NCBI GenBank assembly: GCA_028689145.1
Contig: JAQTWT010000002.1
Coordinates: 289,533-353,532 of the forward strand
Origin: Gallionella sp.
GTDB taxonomy: Bacteria; Pseudomonadota; Gammaproteobacteria; Burkholderiales; Gallionellaceae
DNA length: 64,000 bases
Direction of reading: 5' to 3'
The notes beneath the pieces are model-generated. The model searched no databases, was not told the origin of the DNA, and saw only the letters and a program-made list of their open reading frames with translations. Made by a program: the position numbers and the translations under genes. This document shows, piece after piece, positions 28,989 through 39,585 of the stretch (position 1 is its first letter; every line of letters begins with the position of its first letter).

Positions 28989-31067
28989 ATGCGCAATAAC
29001 CAGCCTGTCACCAATCGCGAATATGAACTGCGCGAAGGTTCAAACATCATTTCACGTACCGACAATAAAGGCATTATCACCGATTGCAACGACGAGTTTG
29101 TCGAGGCATCCGGATTTTCCCGCGAGGAGCTGATCGGCAAGCCGCATAACATCGTGCGCCACCCGGATATGCCGGAGGAAGCGTTCCGCGATGTCTGGGA
29201 TACGCTGAAGAGCGGGCGCCCTTGGGGCGGGTTGGTCAAAAACCGGCGCAAGAATGGCGATCACTACTGGGTGCGCGCTACCGCCACGCCCTTGCCGGAT
29301 GGCAGCGGCTATACCTCGGTGCGCAGCAAACCGGCACGTTCGGAGACGCAGGGTGCGGAAGCGCTCTACCAGCGCATGCGCAACGGGGAAAATATCCGTC
29401 TGGACGAGGGCTATATTCGGACGGCGGGTGTCATGAATTTCTTTAAAAAGATTAAAATTTCGCAACGCCTGATGCTGATGGTGGTTTTGCCCGTGGTGCT
29501 TGCCATCGCCCTGTTGAGCAATTGCTTATGGGCATTGCATGCCAGCAACGATGCAATGAAATCCGTTTACGAAGACCGTCTCGTCACTATGGACAGGTTG
29601 GGCAGGATCAATGATCTTAACCAGATGAGTCTGATCGATCTGCTGCTAGCATCGAGAACGGGAGCCGATAAGAGCACTGTCGGCGAACTATTGGGCAATG
29701 TCAAAAAGAACAAGGCCGACATCGATAAAACCTGGTCGGACATTATGGCGACACATCTTAATGAAGATGAAAAACCATTGGCTGCCGATCATGCCGCCAA
29801 GCGCGATGCCATGTGGGCACTCATTTTGAAAGCGGCGGATTTGATTGCCGCGGGCGATGTGGCGCGGGCCAATGATTTGTTTGACCATGAGTTGAAAAAT
29901 ATCAGGGACGAACAGGAAGAGTCCATCGATATACTCAATAACTATCAGGTAGCTTCGGCTGAAGCATCATATGGAAAGGGTGTGGAGCGATACAACCTCA
30001 ACCTGCAACTTGGTTTGGGGTTGGGTACTCTGGGTATTCTGATTACGCTGACGATCGCCGGGTTCAGCATGCGTCATATCAGCAGCAGCTTGCGCGAGGC
30101 CAGCGAGGCGGCAACGGCCATTGCCAACGGCGATCTTACCCGCCCCATGCCGCGTGCCGCACATGATGAAATTGGCGAACTGGTGGCCAAAATGTCCATT
30201 ATGCGCAATGCACTGCACGAAATGATCGCCTCGATGCGCGAAAATGTGGATGTGCTGAACCAGTCGGCTGTCGAGTTGTCGGCTTCAGCAAACAACAGCG
30301 CCCGCGCTTCGGAAAGCCAATCGGATGCGGCCTCCAGTATGGCTGCTGCGGTAGAGCAAATGTCCGTTTCTATCGACCATGTGGAAGAAGGTGCGCGTGA
30401 AACCCATGAGGTTACCCAATCTTCTGGAACCAGATCAGACGAAGGTGCGCGCATTATTCATGCCGCAGCTGAAGAAATGGGGCGTATCGCCGAGGCAGTC
30501 AAATCAACAGCAGGCACCATTCGCGAACTGGAAGGATTCTCCGAGCAGATTTCCAGTATTGCCGGTGTTATCAAGGATATTGCGGATCAAACCAACCTGC
30601 TCGCCTTGAATGCAGCCATTGAGGCGGCACGCGCCGGCGAACAGGGACGGGGTTTCGCCGTGGTGGCTGATGAGGTGCGCAAACTGGCAGAGCGTACCGC
30701 CAATTCCACCAAGGAAATTACCGGGATGGTCGTCATGATCCGTGAAGGAACGCAGCGCGCAGCGCAGGAAATGGAGGCGGGTGTCGTTCGTGTCAGTGAT
30801 GGTGTGAAACTGGCCCAACAGGCTGGCGAGTCGATGACGGGTATTCGCCAGGGTGCCGAGCAAACCAGCCGGGCGGTAAATGAAATTTCCAATGCGCTCA
30901 AGGAACAGACGATCGCGGCACGCGAGATCGCCCAACGGGTCGAGCAGATCGCACAGGGTTCCGAGTTAAATAGCGCGTCGGCGGCACTCACGGCCACCTC
31001 GGCGCAGCAAATGGAAAGTTTGGCCCGGCAGCTGCAAAAACTGTCCACGCGCTTCAGGATCGCGTAA
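28989..31067 (+). CDS. Aer-like PAS methyl-accepting chemotaxis protein
   Basis: PAS with [21 protein letters not shown]; two TMs with a periplasmic four-helix region; HAMP; [35 protein letters not shown]. Confidence 0.95.
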   Translation: MRNNQPVTNREYELREGSNIISRTDNKGIITDCNDEFVEASGFSREELIGKPHNIVRHPDMPEEAFRDVWDTLKSGRPWGGLVKNRRKNGDHYWVRATATPLPDGSGYTSVRSKPARSETQGAEALYQRMRNGENIRLDEGYIRTAGVMNFFKKIKISQRLMLMVVLPVVLAIALLSNCLWALHASNDAMKSVYEDRLVTMDRLGRINDLNQMSLIDLLLASRTGADKSTVGELLGNVKKNKADIDKTWSDIMATHLNEDEKPLAADHAAKRDAMWALILKAADLIAAGDVARANDLFDHELKNIRDEQEESIDILNNYQVASAEASYGKGVERYNLNLQLGLGLGTLGILITLTIAGFSMRHISSSLREASEAATAIANGDLTRPMPRAAHDEIGELVAKMSIMRNALHEMIASMRENVDVLNQSAVELSASANNSARASESQSDAASSMAAAVEQMSVSIDHVEEGARETHEVTQSSGTRSDEGARIIHAAAEEMGRIAEAVKSTAGTIRELEGFSEQISSIAGVIKDIADQTNLLALNAAIEAARAGEQGRGFAVVADEVRKLAERTANSTKEITGMVVMIREGTQRAAQEMEAGVVRVSDGVKLAQQAGESMTGIRQGAEQTSRAVNEISNALKEQTIAAREIAQRVEQIAQGSELNSASAALTATSAQQMESLARQLQKLSTRFRIA

Positions 31068-31101
31068 TGGTAATGGAGCGTATGAAAGAGGGGGTTTCAT
31101 C

Positions 31102-31518
31102 ATGCCGTTCTCGAAAAGGCTTAGTGTCGGCAATAGCATGTTGGGTGCCACACACCGGACTCTGAACAACAAAATTAACGTAATAGTTGGCTCGATTGCG
31201 GCCAGGGACGTTTCTGCTCTCTCTGATGCATTCGATTCATTTGAGAAATGTCTGAATACCTATTTCCTCGTTGAGGAGCAGTTTGCACGCGCGGTTAACT
31301 TCGACTTTACCCGGCATAAATTAACACACCAGAATTTGTTAAAGGATTTCAGGTTTATCAAAGAGGAGCTGCTGAATAAAAACGGCATATGGTCTGAGCA
31401 TGAGGAAAAATGCTATATCCAGGCCCTGAAGAATAGTCTTGTTCGATATGTCGAGGTGGATATCAAGCCGTTAAGGCTGGTATGTGATACTTGTCTCGAC
31501 GATTTCAAAATAAGCTGA
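31102..31518 (+). CDS. Hemerythrin-like protein with degenerate metal ligands
   Basis: SVGN..L..TH, YF..EE, H...H spacing matches bacteriohemerythrin; two His positions appear as Tyr. Confidence 0.65.
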   Translation: MPFSKRLSVGNSMLGATHRTLNNKINVIVGSIAARDVSALSDAFDSFEKCLNTYFLVEEQFARAVNFDFTRHKLTHQNLLKDFRFIKEELLNKNGIWSEHEEKCYIQALKNSLVRYVEVDIKPLRLVCDTCLDDFKIS

Positions 31519-31554
31519 ATTCCCGGCGCAGATAACAGGCGAAGGTGAGCGAAA

Positions 31555-32751
31555 ATGATCGTAAAGATACCCGTAAAACAACTCAGGGTCGGCATGTACC
31601 TCCACGACCTTAATTGCAGCTGGATAGATCATCCGTTTGCGCTCAACCGTTTTATGATCGACGATGCCGCCACTTTAAAAAAGATCCATGCTGCCGGTGT
31701 CGCGGAAGTCTATATCGACACCAAGCTCGGTTTGGGTGTCGATTTCTCGGAAGCCGAAGCGGAGGAAGAGGAAGAAATTGAAGCTCCAGTATCCGAGCCG
31801 ACCATTCTTGTCAAACGTTCCCCCGCCGAGGAATTCGAATATGCCAAGAATCTGTACTCCAATGCCAACCAGTTGATGCAGGACATGATGAAAGATGTCC
31901 GTATGGGCAAGCAAATCAAGGTGGAGCAATGCGAGCCGATGGTCGACAATATTCTCGATTCGATATTCAGCGCCCCCTCCGCGCTGCTGCCGCTGGCCCA
32001 AATCAAGACCAGCAACGAATACACCTTCCAGCACTCGGTTTCGGTCGCCGCGCTGGCGGTCGCGTTCGGGCGGGTACTGGAAATGCCGCGCACCGAGATC
32101 AAGGAGCTGGCGTTGGGCGGTTTGCTGCATGATGTGGGCAAGGCCATCGTGCCGGGGAATATATTGAACAAACCGGGCAAACTGGACGATGCGGAATTTG
32201 TCGTGATGAAGAGCCATGCGGCGAACACCGCCGACCTGCTCAAGGGGCTAGAGGGGATCAGCGAGGTCGCGTTTAATGCCGCCGCGCAGCACCACGAACG
32301 TTTTGACGGCTCCGGTTACCCGAAGGGGCTGAAAGGCGAGCAGATCAGCCAGCACGGCCAGATGCTCGCCATCGTGGATGTCTATGATGCGATCACCTCG
32401 ATCCGCGTCTATCACAAGGGCATGTCGCCGACCGAGGCATTAAGGAAAATGTACGAATGGAGCGGCAGCCACTTTAATCCCCGGCTGGTGCAGGCGTTCA
32501 TCAAAGGGATCGGTATCTATCCGGCGGGTTCGCTGGTGCGCATGGAGAGCGACAAGCTGGGTATCGTGCGGGAAGTTGTGCCGGACAAGTTGTTGCAGCC
32601 AGTCGTGCAATATATCTACGATTGCAAAAAAATGAGCTATATCCCGGCCGAGACGGTGAATCTTTCTGTCTCGGAGGACAAGATAAAGTCCCACGAGTCT
32701 TTCGAGAAGTGGGGCATCGATCAGGCTAAATGGGCTATGAGGCTCATCTGA
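31555..32751 (+). CDS. HD-GYP cyclic di-GMP phosphodiesterase with DUF3391-like N-terminus
   Basis: LRVGMYLHDL..W..HPF N-terminus, HSVSV, LLHDVGK, HHERFDGSGYP, YDAITS.R.YHK. Confidence 0.93.
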   Translation: MIVKIPVKQLRVGMYLHDLNCSWIDHPFALNRFMIDDAATLKKIHAAGVAEVYIDTKLGLGVDFSEAEAEEEEEIEAPVSEPTILVKRSPAEEFEYAKNLYSNANQLMQDMMKDVRMGKQIKVEQCEPMVDNILDSIFSAPSALLPLAQIKTSNEYTFQHSVSVAALAVAFGRVLEMPRTEIKELALGGLLHDVGKAIVPGNILNKPGKLDDAEFVVMKSHAANTADLLKGLEGISEVAFNAAAQHHERFDGSGYPKGLKGEQISQHGQMLAIVDVYDAITSIRVYHKGMSPTEALRKMYEWSGSHFNPRLVQAFIKGIGIYPAGSLVRMESDKLGIVREVVPDKLLQPVVQYIYDCKKMSYIPAETVNLSVSEDKIKSHESFEKWGIDQAKWAMRLI

Positions 32752-32809
32752 TAATGCGTTTCGTAGCAGTCACAATGGCAATAAATTATCTACTTCCTTC
32801 ACTGCGCGT

Positions 32810-33226
32810 CTACTCTTGAATTACTTCAAAGTCGTGTGTAATTTTGGCGGTCGCGCCGAGCATAATGGAGGCAGAGCAGTATTTTTCAGCCGACAATTTG
32901 ATGGCTTTTTCAACAGCCTCCGGTTTGATGTCCTTGCCGGTCACGACAAAGTGCATGTGGATTTTGGTGAATACCTTGGGATCGGTTTCGGCGCGTTCGG
33001 CATCCAGTTCCACATAGCAATCCGAGACAGCTTGGCGGCTTTTTTTCAGGATGCCGATTACATCAAAACTGGTGCAGCCTCCGGCACCGAGCAGCAACAT
33101 TTCCATCGGGCGCGGGCCGAGATTGCGCCCGCCTGCAGCCGGTGAACCATCCATCAATACCGCGTGACCACTTTCTGTTTCGCCCAGAAACGAGACTTGC
33201 TCCACCCATTTGACGCGCGCTTTCAT
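32810..33226 (-). CDS. OsmC family protein (YhfA-like)
   Basis: GPRPMEMLLLGAGGCT and SAEKYCSAS with two conserved Cys. Confidence 0.92.
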   Translation of the reverse strand: MKARVKWVEQVSFLGETESGHAVLMDGSPAAGGRNLGPRPMEMLLLGAGGCTSFDVIGILKKSRQAVSDCYVELDAERAETDPKVFTKIHMHFVVTGKDIKPEAVEKAIKLSAEKYCSASIMLGATAKITHDFEVIQE

Positions 33227-33242
33227 GTTGTTCCTTTCTTGC

Positions 33243-34025
33243 TTAAGTATTAGAGATTGCTAATCTTACCCGATACCATAGCAATCCGATCATTTCATGG
33301 ACAAAGATTTTGCTGTCATGCAACGATCCGGCGTTGGGCAGGAAAGCGAGCAGGTCGATCTGATAGTGCGTGCTGAAAGCGGTCGGCGCTTCGATTACCT
33401 CGAATCCGGCGCGGCGGAATACTTCAGCGGAGCGGGGCATGTGCCAAGCGTGGGTAATGAGATAAATCTTTTTGATGCCGGCCTTTTGCAAAGTCTGAAA
33501 TGAGTAGTGCGCATTTTCAAAGGTGTTGTCAGACGCATCCTCGATCCAGCGTACCGGTACCCGAAAGTCCTGTTCCAGTGACGAGCGCATTTGCTGTGCT
33601 TCAGATGTGCTGTTGCCGAACGGTTTTCCACCGGTTACCAGAATTGGTTTTCCTGTTTCACGCTGGAGCTTGGCTCCATAGCGCAGGCGAATCAGGGTAG
33701 CTTCACCAATAGTATCGGCGCCTGCATATTCCGGTGCATGGAAGTACGTTCCACCACCGAGTATCACGATTGCATCGGCAATTTTAGATTGTCCGATTTG
33801 ATGCTGGTTTCCCAGCGCTGCAGTGCGCCCTTCAAGCAAGTGCAGCGCGCCTTCGGAAAAATAAGGCGTGGAAGTAATCCACAGTAAAGTGAAAGCAACA
33901 AACAGTAACGGCTTGGCAAATTTGCTGCGGCGATACAGCAAGAGGATACCCAGCGCGAGCACCAGCAGCATGTTGAGCGGCGGCAGCAGGATGGCGGCGA
34001 TGAAATTGGTAATGAACCAGGACAT
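33243..34025 (-). CDS. YdcF/DUF218 (ElyC/SanA-like) envelope protein
   Basis: IVILGGG, VTGG, SEA..M, EDASDNTFENA, LITHAWHMPRS, HEMIG. Confidence 0.9.
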   Translation of the reverse strand: MSWFITNFIAAILLPPLNMLLVLALGILLLYRRSKFAKPLLFVAFTLLWITSTPYFSEGALHLLEGRTAALGNQHQIGQSKIADAIVILGGGTYFHAPEYAGADTIGEATLIRLRYGAKLQRETGKPILVTGGKPFGNSTSEAQQMRSSLEQDFRVPVRWIEDASDNTFENAHYSFQTLQKAGIKKIYLITHAWHMPRSAEVFRRAGFEVIEAPTAFSTHYQIDLLAFLPNAGSLHDSKIFVHEMIGLLWYRVRLAISNT

Positions 34026-34151
34026 ATGAATATGGGCTAAAGCGGGATGAAAATATTTTACAGGTTTTTACGGGTCAATTTTGAATTGGCCGGCGATTTT
34101 TAAACACGCTGCAATGCGAAAGAAACTAAAAATCGCAGGCCGGTTAATACC

Positions 34152-34178
34152 TACAGTTCGTATGCAATAGGCCGAAAT
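34152..34178 (+). promoter_or_regulatory. Putative sigma-28 (FliA) promoter
   Basis: TACAGTTC-N11-GCCGAAAT versus consensus TAAAGTTT-N11-GCCGATAA. Confidence 0.4.
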
Positions 34179-34384
34179 ATATAGATATTTTGGCATATAT
34201 GAACTTGAAAATGTTTTGTGTATCGTTCACACCTATGCAGCAGTTTGTTTGTATCCGGAGTGGTGGGATTGCCTGATAGACGCAGCACTGTTGTTGTAAC
34301 GGAGTGTCGTATGTTTGTCCGGTAGCGCTGGATGGTTTTTCAGGGCTGCACGGATTAACTGAACAAAACGGATAGGAGAAACAA

Positions 34385-34567
34385 ATGAATTCTATATTTT
34401 CTACATTAGCAGTACTGGTAGTCGGGATGGTTGTGCTGATGGCGGGTATCCTGATCAACAAAGATCCGGATCAAAGTATGCAGGATGTGCTCAGTGAGAG
34501 TTTGGTTTGGGGTGTGGCATTCTTCTTCTCTTTCGGTGCGCAGACTCTTATTATTCACGAATTCTGA
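34385..34567 (+). CDS. Small two-TM membrane protein (60 aa)
   Basis: Strong RBS AGGAG upstream of the ATG, two hydrophobic segments, sits alone in an intergenic gap. Confidence 0.6.
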   Translation: MNSIFSTLAVLVVGMVVLMAGILINKDPDQSMQDVLSESLVWGVAFFFSFGAQTLIIHEF

Positions 34568-34650
34568 CCCGGGTCTCTGCCGTGCAGATGATTCGGATTT
34601 GAGAGTGTCATTTTATTGACAAGGTGTTTTCCCACTTTGGGTGTCCGCGG

Positions 34651-35454
34651 TTACTCGGACCCTGTTTCCCGATCCAAATTGGGTGACACGATAGTGATCG
34701 TTACCCGCCGGTTTCTGGCGCGGTTTTCTGCACTGTTATTCGGTGCCAACGGCTGGTTCGAGGCTAACCCAACTGCAGTCAGGCGTTTTGCGGGCATGCC
34801 GTTTTCAATCAGTACCCTGACTACACTGCTGGCACGCGCTGACGACAATTCCCAGTTGGAAGGGAATTGTGCGGTGGTGATGGGGATATCGTCGGTATGG
34901 CCTTCCACCTCAATGGGCATATCTTCCTTGCCCAATATAGTAGATACCTGACGCAACACATCCAGTGACCTGTCCTGCAAGTTTGCTTCACCGATGTTGA
35001 ATAATGTGCTCTCGCTGATATCCATGACCACCCCGCGCTTGGTCTGGTTGATATTGACCATACGCTGCTCGATCATCGGAGCCATCACCTGGCGCAATCC
35101 GCTAGCCAGCTTCTTCATGCGCTCCTCAATTTTGCGCTGCTGTTCGCCCAGTTGCGCGGTATGCTTATCCACCAGTATTTTGTTTCTACCCGGCACGATG
35201 CTGGGGGGTTGCGTCCTTTGCTGGGTGGGCTGAACCAGCGGTTGATTGACTGGGGCAATCGGCGTGGTTATGGGCAATCGCTGGGAAAAGGCGATGTTGA
35301 GCGAATCGCTGAAGATTTTGTACTTCGCCTCGTTCACGGATGAAATGGAATACATCACCACGAAAAAGGCAAACAGCAGGGTAATGAAGTCGGCATACGA
35401 GACCAGCCAACGATCCGTGTTGTTGTGTTCCGCGCGCTTGCCCCTACGCTCCAT
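34651..35454 (-). CDS. motD: Flagellar stator protein MotB/MotD
   Basis: WLVSYADFITLLFAFFV (conserved Asp), OmpA-like EGHTD...NWELSSARA...RNRRV. Confidence 0.92.
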   Translation of the reverse strand: MERRGKRAEHNNTDRWLVSYADFITLLFAFFVVMYSISSVNEAKYKIFSDSLNIAFSQRLPITTPIAPVNQPLVQPTQQRTQPPSIVPGRNKILVDKHTAQLGEQQRKIEERMKKLASGLRQVMAPMIEQRMVNINQTKRGVVMDISESTLFNIGEANLQDRSLDVLRQVSTILGKEDMPIEVEGHTDDIPITTAQFPSNWELSSARASSVVRVLIENGMPAKRLTAVGLASNQPLAPNNSAENRARNRRVTITIVSPNLDRETGSE

Positions 35455-35456
35455 GA

Positions 35457-36200
35457 TCAGGTTAGATAGCTTTGCAACCTGACGGTGATCAGCCGGGGAT
35501 TATCGCCGTTCGCGATAGCTACCAGCCCATCCACCAGCATTTCGCGCATATCGGCTTGATGCGTGATGATGGCTTTCAATTTATTGGCTACCGGCAAGTA
35601 CAGCAGATTGGCTAACGACACACCGTAGATAGTGGCGATGAAGGCGACGGCGATACCGTTGCCCAGCTTGGCCGGTTCGCTGAGATTTTGCATGACGTGC
35701 GTCAGCCCCAGCACCGCGCCGATAATCCCGATGGTCGGCGAATAACCGGCGGCAGCTTCCCATACCGAGGCTGCTTGCCAGCGCAATTGCTGCCACGCGT
35801 GGATCTCCACATTGAGCACTTCGCGAATTTTGTCGGCGCTATAACCGTCCACCAGCAACTGCAATCCCTTTTGCAGGAAGGGATCCGGCTCCTTGGCAAT
35901 ATTGCCCTCCAGCGCCAGAATACCGTCAACCCGCGCTACCGAACTCCATCCGGTGATTTTGTGTATCAATTCCTGCGGTGATGATTGCTTCGGCGTGACG
36001 AATACCCAGCCCAACATCCTGACTGACAGGGTAAATACTTTTAGGGGGCTTTGCAGCATCACCGCACCCAATGTGCCGCCGAAGACGATCAGGAAAGCCG
36101 CGCCCTGCAGCAGGATGGACAGATCTCCGCCTTCAAGCAGTTGCCCGGACAGGATGCCGGTCAGGCTGATGATCAAACCCAAGATGGCGAGTTTATCCAT
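35457..36200 (-). CDS. motC: Flagellar stator protein MotA/MotC
   Basis: IVFGGT.GA, G.LALE, GYSPTIGIIGAVLGL, AFIATIYG, P.ANKL. Confidence 0.92.
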   Translation of the reverse strand: MDKLAILGLIISLTGILSGQLLEGGDLSILLQGAAFLIVFGGTLGAVMLQSPLKVFTLSVRMLGWVFVTPKQSSPQELIHKITGWSSVARVDGILALEGNIAKEPDPFLQKGLQLLVDGYSADKIREVLNVEIHAWQQLRWQAASVWEAAAGYSPTIGIIGAVLGLTHVMQNLSEPAKLGNGIAVAFIATIYGVSLANLLYLPVANKLKAIITHQADMREMLVDGLVAIANGDNPRLITVRLQSYLT

Positions 36201-36212
36201 CAGGGGTTCCTG

Positions 36213-36923
36213 TTAATAACCCTTCATCCAGCTGCGTAATCTTGCCACCGCCTGGCTGTGCAGCTGCGAAACGCGCGACTCGCCGACACCCAGCACTTCG
36301 CCGATTTCGCGCAGGTTCATCTCCTGCTCGTAGATCATGCCCATCAGCATCTTTTCACGTTCCGGCAGGCTGTCGATCGCGCGTACCAGTTCGGTCTTGA
36401 AACGCTCGTCTTCCAGCAGGTCGAGAGGGTTTGAGTCGTCGTTAAACTCGAAACGTTCGAAAAAATCATCGTGATCTTCGCCGTGAAAATCTTCGTAATA
36501 GACCAGCTGCGCGCCGCGCGATTCCTGCAGCAGTTGTTGATATTCCGGAAGAGATAACTTCATCTCTTCGGCAATCTCGGTTTCGTTCGGCGATCTGCCC
36601 AGCTTTTGTTGCAGGCAGTTGATGGCCGCTTCGATACGCCGCATATCGCGGCGCAAACTGCGCGGCAGCCAATCCGCCTCGCGCAGCTCGTCCAGCATCG
36701 CGCCGCGGATACGCTGCGTCGCGTAGGTTTCGAACTGTGCGCCGTGAAATTCATTGTAGCGGCTGGCGGCATCCAGCAAGCCCATCATGCCGGCCTGAAT
36801 GATGTCGTCGATCAGCACGCTGTGGGGCAGTTTAACCATCATTTTGTGCGCGATACGCTTCACCAGATGGGCATATTCCCTCAGGCATTGGTCCTTGTCG
36901 TTTAATCCTGATGCGTTGTACAT
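36213..36923 (-). CDS. fliA: Flagellar sigma factor sigma-28
   Basis: DDIIQAGMMGLLDAA, YATQRIRGAMLDELR..DW.PRS, EIGEVLGVGESRVSQLH. Confidence 0.97.
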   Translation of the reverse strand: MYNASGLNDKDQCLREYAHLVKRIAHKMMVKLPHSVLIDDIIQAGMMGLLDAASRYNEFHGAQFETYATQRIRGAMLDELREADWLPRSLRRDMRRIEAAINCLQQKLGRSPNETEIAEEMKLSLPEYQQLLQESRGAQLVYYEDFHGEDHDDFFERFEFNDDSNPLDLLEDERFKTELVRAIDSLPEREKMLMGMIYEQEMNLREIGEVLGVGESRVSQLHSQAVARLRSWMKGY

Positions 36924-37136
36924 AATTGGCAGCTGGGCGTTATGTGTCGGTTATTGGTGAGTCTGCACGGCGGCCTGTCGGGTGATTAACGGCAAAGCGT
37001 CAAGGCAGCTTTCGCTAGTTTACAACTAGTGCGGCTTTCCTGCTGCATCGGTTGGGGATGCGATTTGCCGGTAATCATTTAAATTTCCCTGTGCCGCCTT
37101 TCGGCGCAATGCTTTTTATTTGGTGCCCGATGTTTC

Positions 37137-38072
37137 TCAGCAATGTGTCAAGGCGGACGGTTGCGATACCTGCTTTATCAGGTTCTGAATGATGGTGGAT
37201 ACCCCGCCTTCCGCTTCATCCTGCCGCATTGAAAGGCGCAGCAACTTTTGCGACAGATTTGAGTAGGACTTTGCCGAGGCGGCAGCCGGGAACGCATCTA
37301 TTACCGACTTTCCCATGCGGGTCGCGAAGTTGATTCTGTCGTCCAAAGGGATGTAGCCCAGATATTCCAGATGCGCCGGAAGATTGCGCCGTGTCACCTT
37401 GGCCATATTCTCAAAAACCGTCATTGCCGCTTTTTCGTTGCCGGCCTTGTTCACCACGATCTCAAACTGCTGCCGCATATTGGCGGTAGCCAGACGCTTG
37501 ATCAGGGCGTAGCTCTCGGTGATGCCGCTGGGGGTGGCTTCTACCACCACCAGTAGCGCGGCACCGCTGACCAGGCTTGATGAAATAGTGGCTTGTCCGA
37601 CCAGCATTGCGGTATCCACCAGCATTACATCCATGCCGTCGCTGGCTTCGGTCAGCGCATTTTTGAGCCGTTGTTGTTCGGCTTGCTTCAACGCGGTCAT
37701 GCTGTCGCGAGCCTGGTATCTGCCGGTGGTGTCGGTCATCTGTAGCGCTTGCATGGCGCGCGCAGCCGGTAAGATGCCAAATCCCATATTGGTGAGCACT
37801 GCATCGCGGAGTTTGCATTTGCCCTGCGCGACGTCCAGCAAATCATATTTCGGGAATAAACCCAAACGATCCGGCAAATTATTCGGTGCATGGTTTTCGT
37901 CCAGCACCAGTACGTTCTTGCCTGAATAAGCCAGTGCCGTTGCCAGATTAATGGTTGCGCTGGTTCGCCCGACACCGGCTTTGCCGGCCACTACGGTAAT
38001 TACCTGCGTCTGGTTGCATACCAATAAACGCCGTAACCCTTCGGCTTGATCCATTCCGCAATCAGAATGCAT
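37137..38072 (-). CDS. flhG: FlhG/FleN MinD-like flagellar number regulator
   Basis: DQAEGLRRL N-terminus, deviant P-loop GKAGVGRT, ESYALIK, VVNK, YLGYIP.D; follows flhF. Confidence 0.88.
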   Translation of the reverse strand: MHSDCGMDQAEGLRRLLVCNQTQVITVVAGKAGVGRTSATINLATALAYSGKNVLVLDENHAPNNLPDRLGLFPKYDLLDVAQGKCKLRDAVLTNMGFGILPAARAMQALQMTDTTGRYQARDSMTALKQAEQQRLKNALTEASDGMDVMLVDTAMLVGQATISSSLVSGAALLVVVEATPSGITESYALIKRLATANMRQQFEIVVNKAGNEKAAMTVFENMAKVTRRNLPAHLEYLGYIPLDDRINFATRMGKSVIDAFPAAASAKSYSNLSQKLLRLSMRQDEAEGGVSTIIQNLIKQVSQPSALTHC

Positions 38073-39585
38073 AGGATGTCTCCTTGCTTGTTCCTGCTAC
38101 GCGCGGGTTATTCGGCACCGCTCCCTTTGCCGGGGTTCGTAGCGGACCTTCAGTAGCCATCAATACCGGGAAATCCAGTTCGCGCAAAGTGAACGGCGAT
38201 TTTTCTTCCGCCTGCTTGAGCGCCCGATGCAGCAGATAATCGGCATTGATGAGATGCAGGTCTTCCGGCACGCGCTGGCCGTTTGCCATGTAGTGCATTG
38301 TCAGACGATGGCGCACCGCCACATCCAGCACCGTGCCGACATTGACAGCTTCATCCAGCTTGGTGGTGATGCAGCCGATCACCTTATTGCTGCGGTACAT
38401 GCGCACCACTTCTTCCAGCGTATCGCCGCCGCTGGTGGCATTCAATAACAGCAGGCACTTCACGCCGGTCGCATCGAACATCTCGTTCTGGTTGAATACA
38501 CGCTCGTCGCGTTGTCCCATCCCGACGGTATCAATCAGCACCAGATGTTTGTGGCGCAGCGCGGAAAGTGTTACGCGCAGGTCATCGGTATCCTTTACCG
38601 CATGTACCGACAAACCGAGTATCTTGCCGTAAATCTTGAGTTGTTCGTAAGCGGCGATACGGTAGCTGTCGGTAGTCAGTAATGCGACCTTGTCCGCGCC
38701 GTAACGCACCACGGCACGAGCTGCCAGTTTTGCTGTGGTGGTGGTTTTTCCCACACCGGTCGGCCCGATCAGCGCGTACACCCCGCCCTTTTCAATAATG
38801 TCATCGGCCTTGTTGGTCACCAGTATGTTGCGTTTCAGTACCTGCTTGATCCACGGTTCACCTTGTTCTTTTCCGGCGGGCATCTTGTCCAGTAACTTGT
38901 GCGCCAGCACTGTGCTGAATCCGGCATTGAGCAATTTGCGCAATAAACCGGCACGTTGCGGGTCGCGCATTTGCACGTCGTTCCAGTACAGTGTCGCGAA
39001 CTGCTGGCGCAACATAGTACCGATCGATTTGATCTCGCTGATAATGTGCTCTTCCTGCTGCGAAGACGGTTGCTGGGTAGCCCCGGTCTGTTGCAAGGGT
39101 TTTGTTTGCCGTACAGGTTCTGCGAGCGGTAACGGTTCGGACTGCGGGAAAGATCTGGCCAACGGCGTGGATCTTTGGGGTGCAATTAGTTTCGGCTGTG
39201 ACGACTTGCCGGGATGGCGCAGGACACCGGGTGTTTGTGCCGATCCGGCAGTTTCAGAATTGAACTGAAGCGCCTGTCTGGGTTGATTTAACGGTTTGGC
39301 TTGCTGTGCCGGTTTGGCCGCATGTGACAGCATATCCGCAGGTTGCGCATGATGTTCTTCGTCGACCGATTGTGTCCATTCGTCCGCCGTAATCTCCGGC
39401 CATTCGCGTGGCTGAGTTACCGCGCTGGCGGTCAGATGGGCAATGTCGCCGTTCGCCAAAGCAACGATTTCAACGCCGTATTCGGTCTTGCGGTTCGACA
39501 GGATCATCGCGTCGGCCCCCAGCTCGTTACGGATCTCTTTCATTGCCTGACGCGCTGTCGGGGCGATGAATCTTCTGATGCTCAT
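38062..39585 (-). CDS. flhF: SRP-family GTPase FlhF
   Basis: GPTGVGKTTTTAKLAA, TTDSYRIAA.EQL, DTVG, TKLDE, GQRVPEDL; long Pro/Gln-rich B region. Confidence 0.95.
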   Translation of the reverse strand: MSIRRFIAPTARQAMKEIRNELGADAMILSNRKTEYGVEIVALANGDIAHLTASAVTQPREWPEITADEWTQSVDEEHHAQPADMLSHAAKPAQQAKPLNQPRQALQFNSETAGSAQTPGVLRHPGKSSQPKLIAPQRSTPLARSFPQSEPLPLAEPVRQTKPLQQTGATQQPSSQQEEHIISEIKSIGTMLRQQFATLYWNDVQMRDPQRAGLLRKLLNAGFSTVLAHKLLDKMPAGKEQGEPWIKQVLKRNILVTNKADDIIEKGGVYALIGPTGVGKTTTTAKLAARAVVRYGADKVALLTTDSYRIAAYEQLKIYGKILGLSVHAVKDTDDLRVTLSALRHKHLVLIDTVGMGQRDERVFNQNEMFDATGVKCLLLLNATSGGDTLEEVVRMYRSNKVIGCITTKLDEAVNVGTVLDVAVRHRLTMHYMANGQRVPEDLHLINADYLLHRALKQAEEKSPFTLRELDFPVLMATEGPLRTPAKGAVPNNPRVAGTSKETSYAF

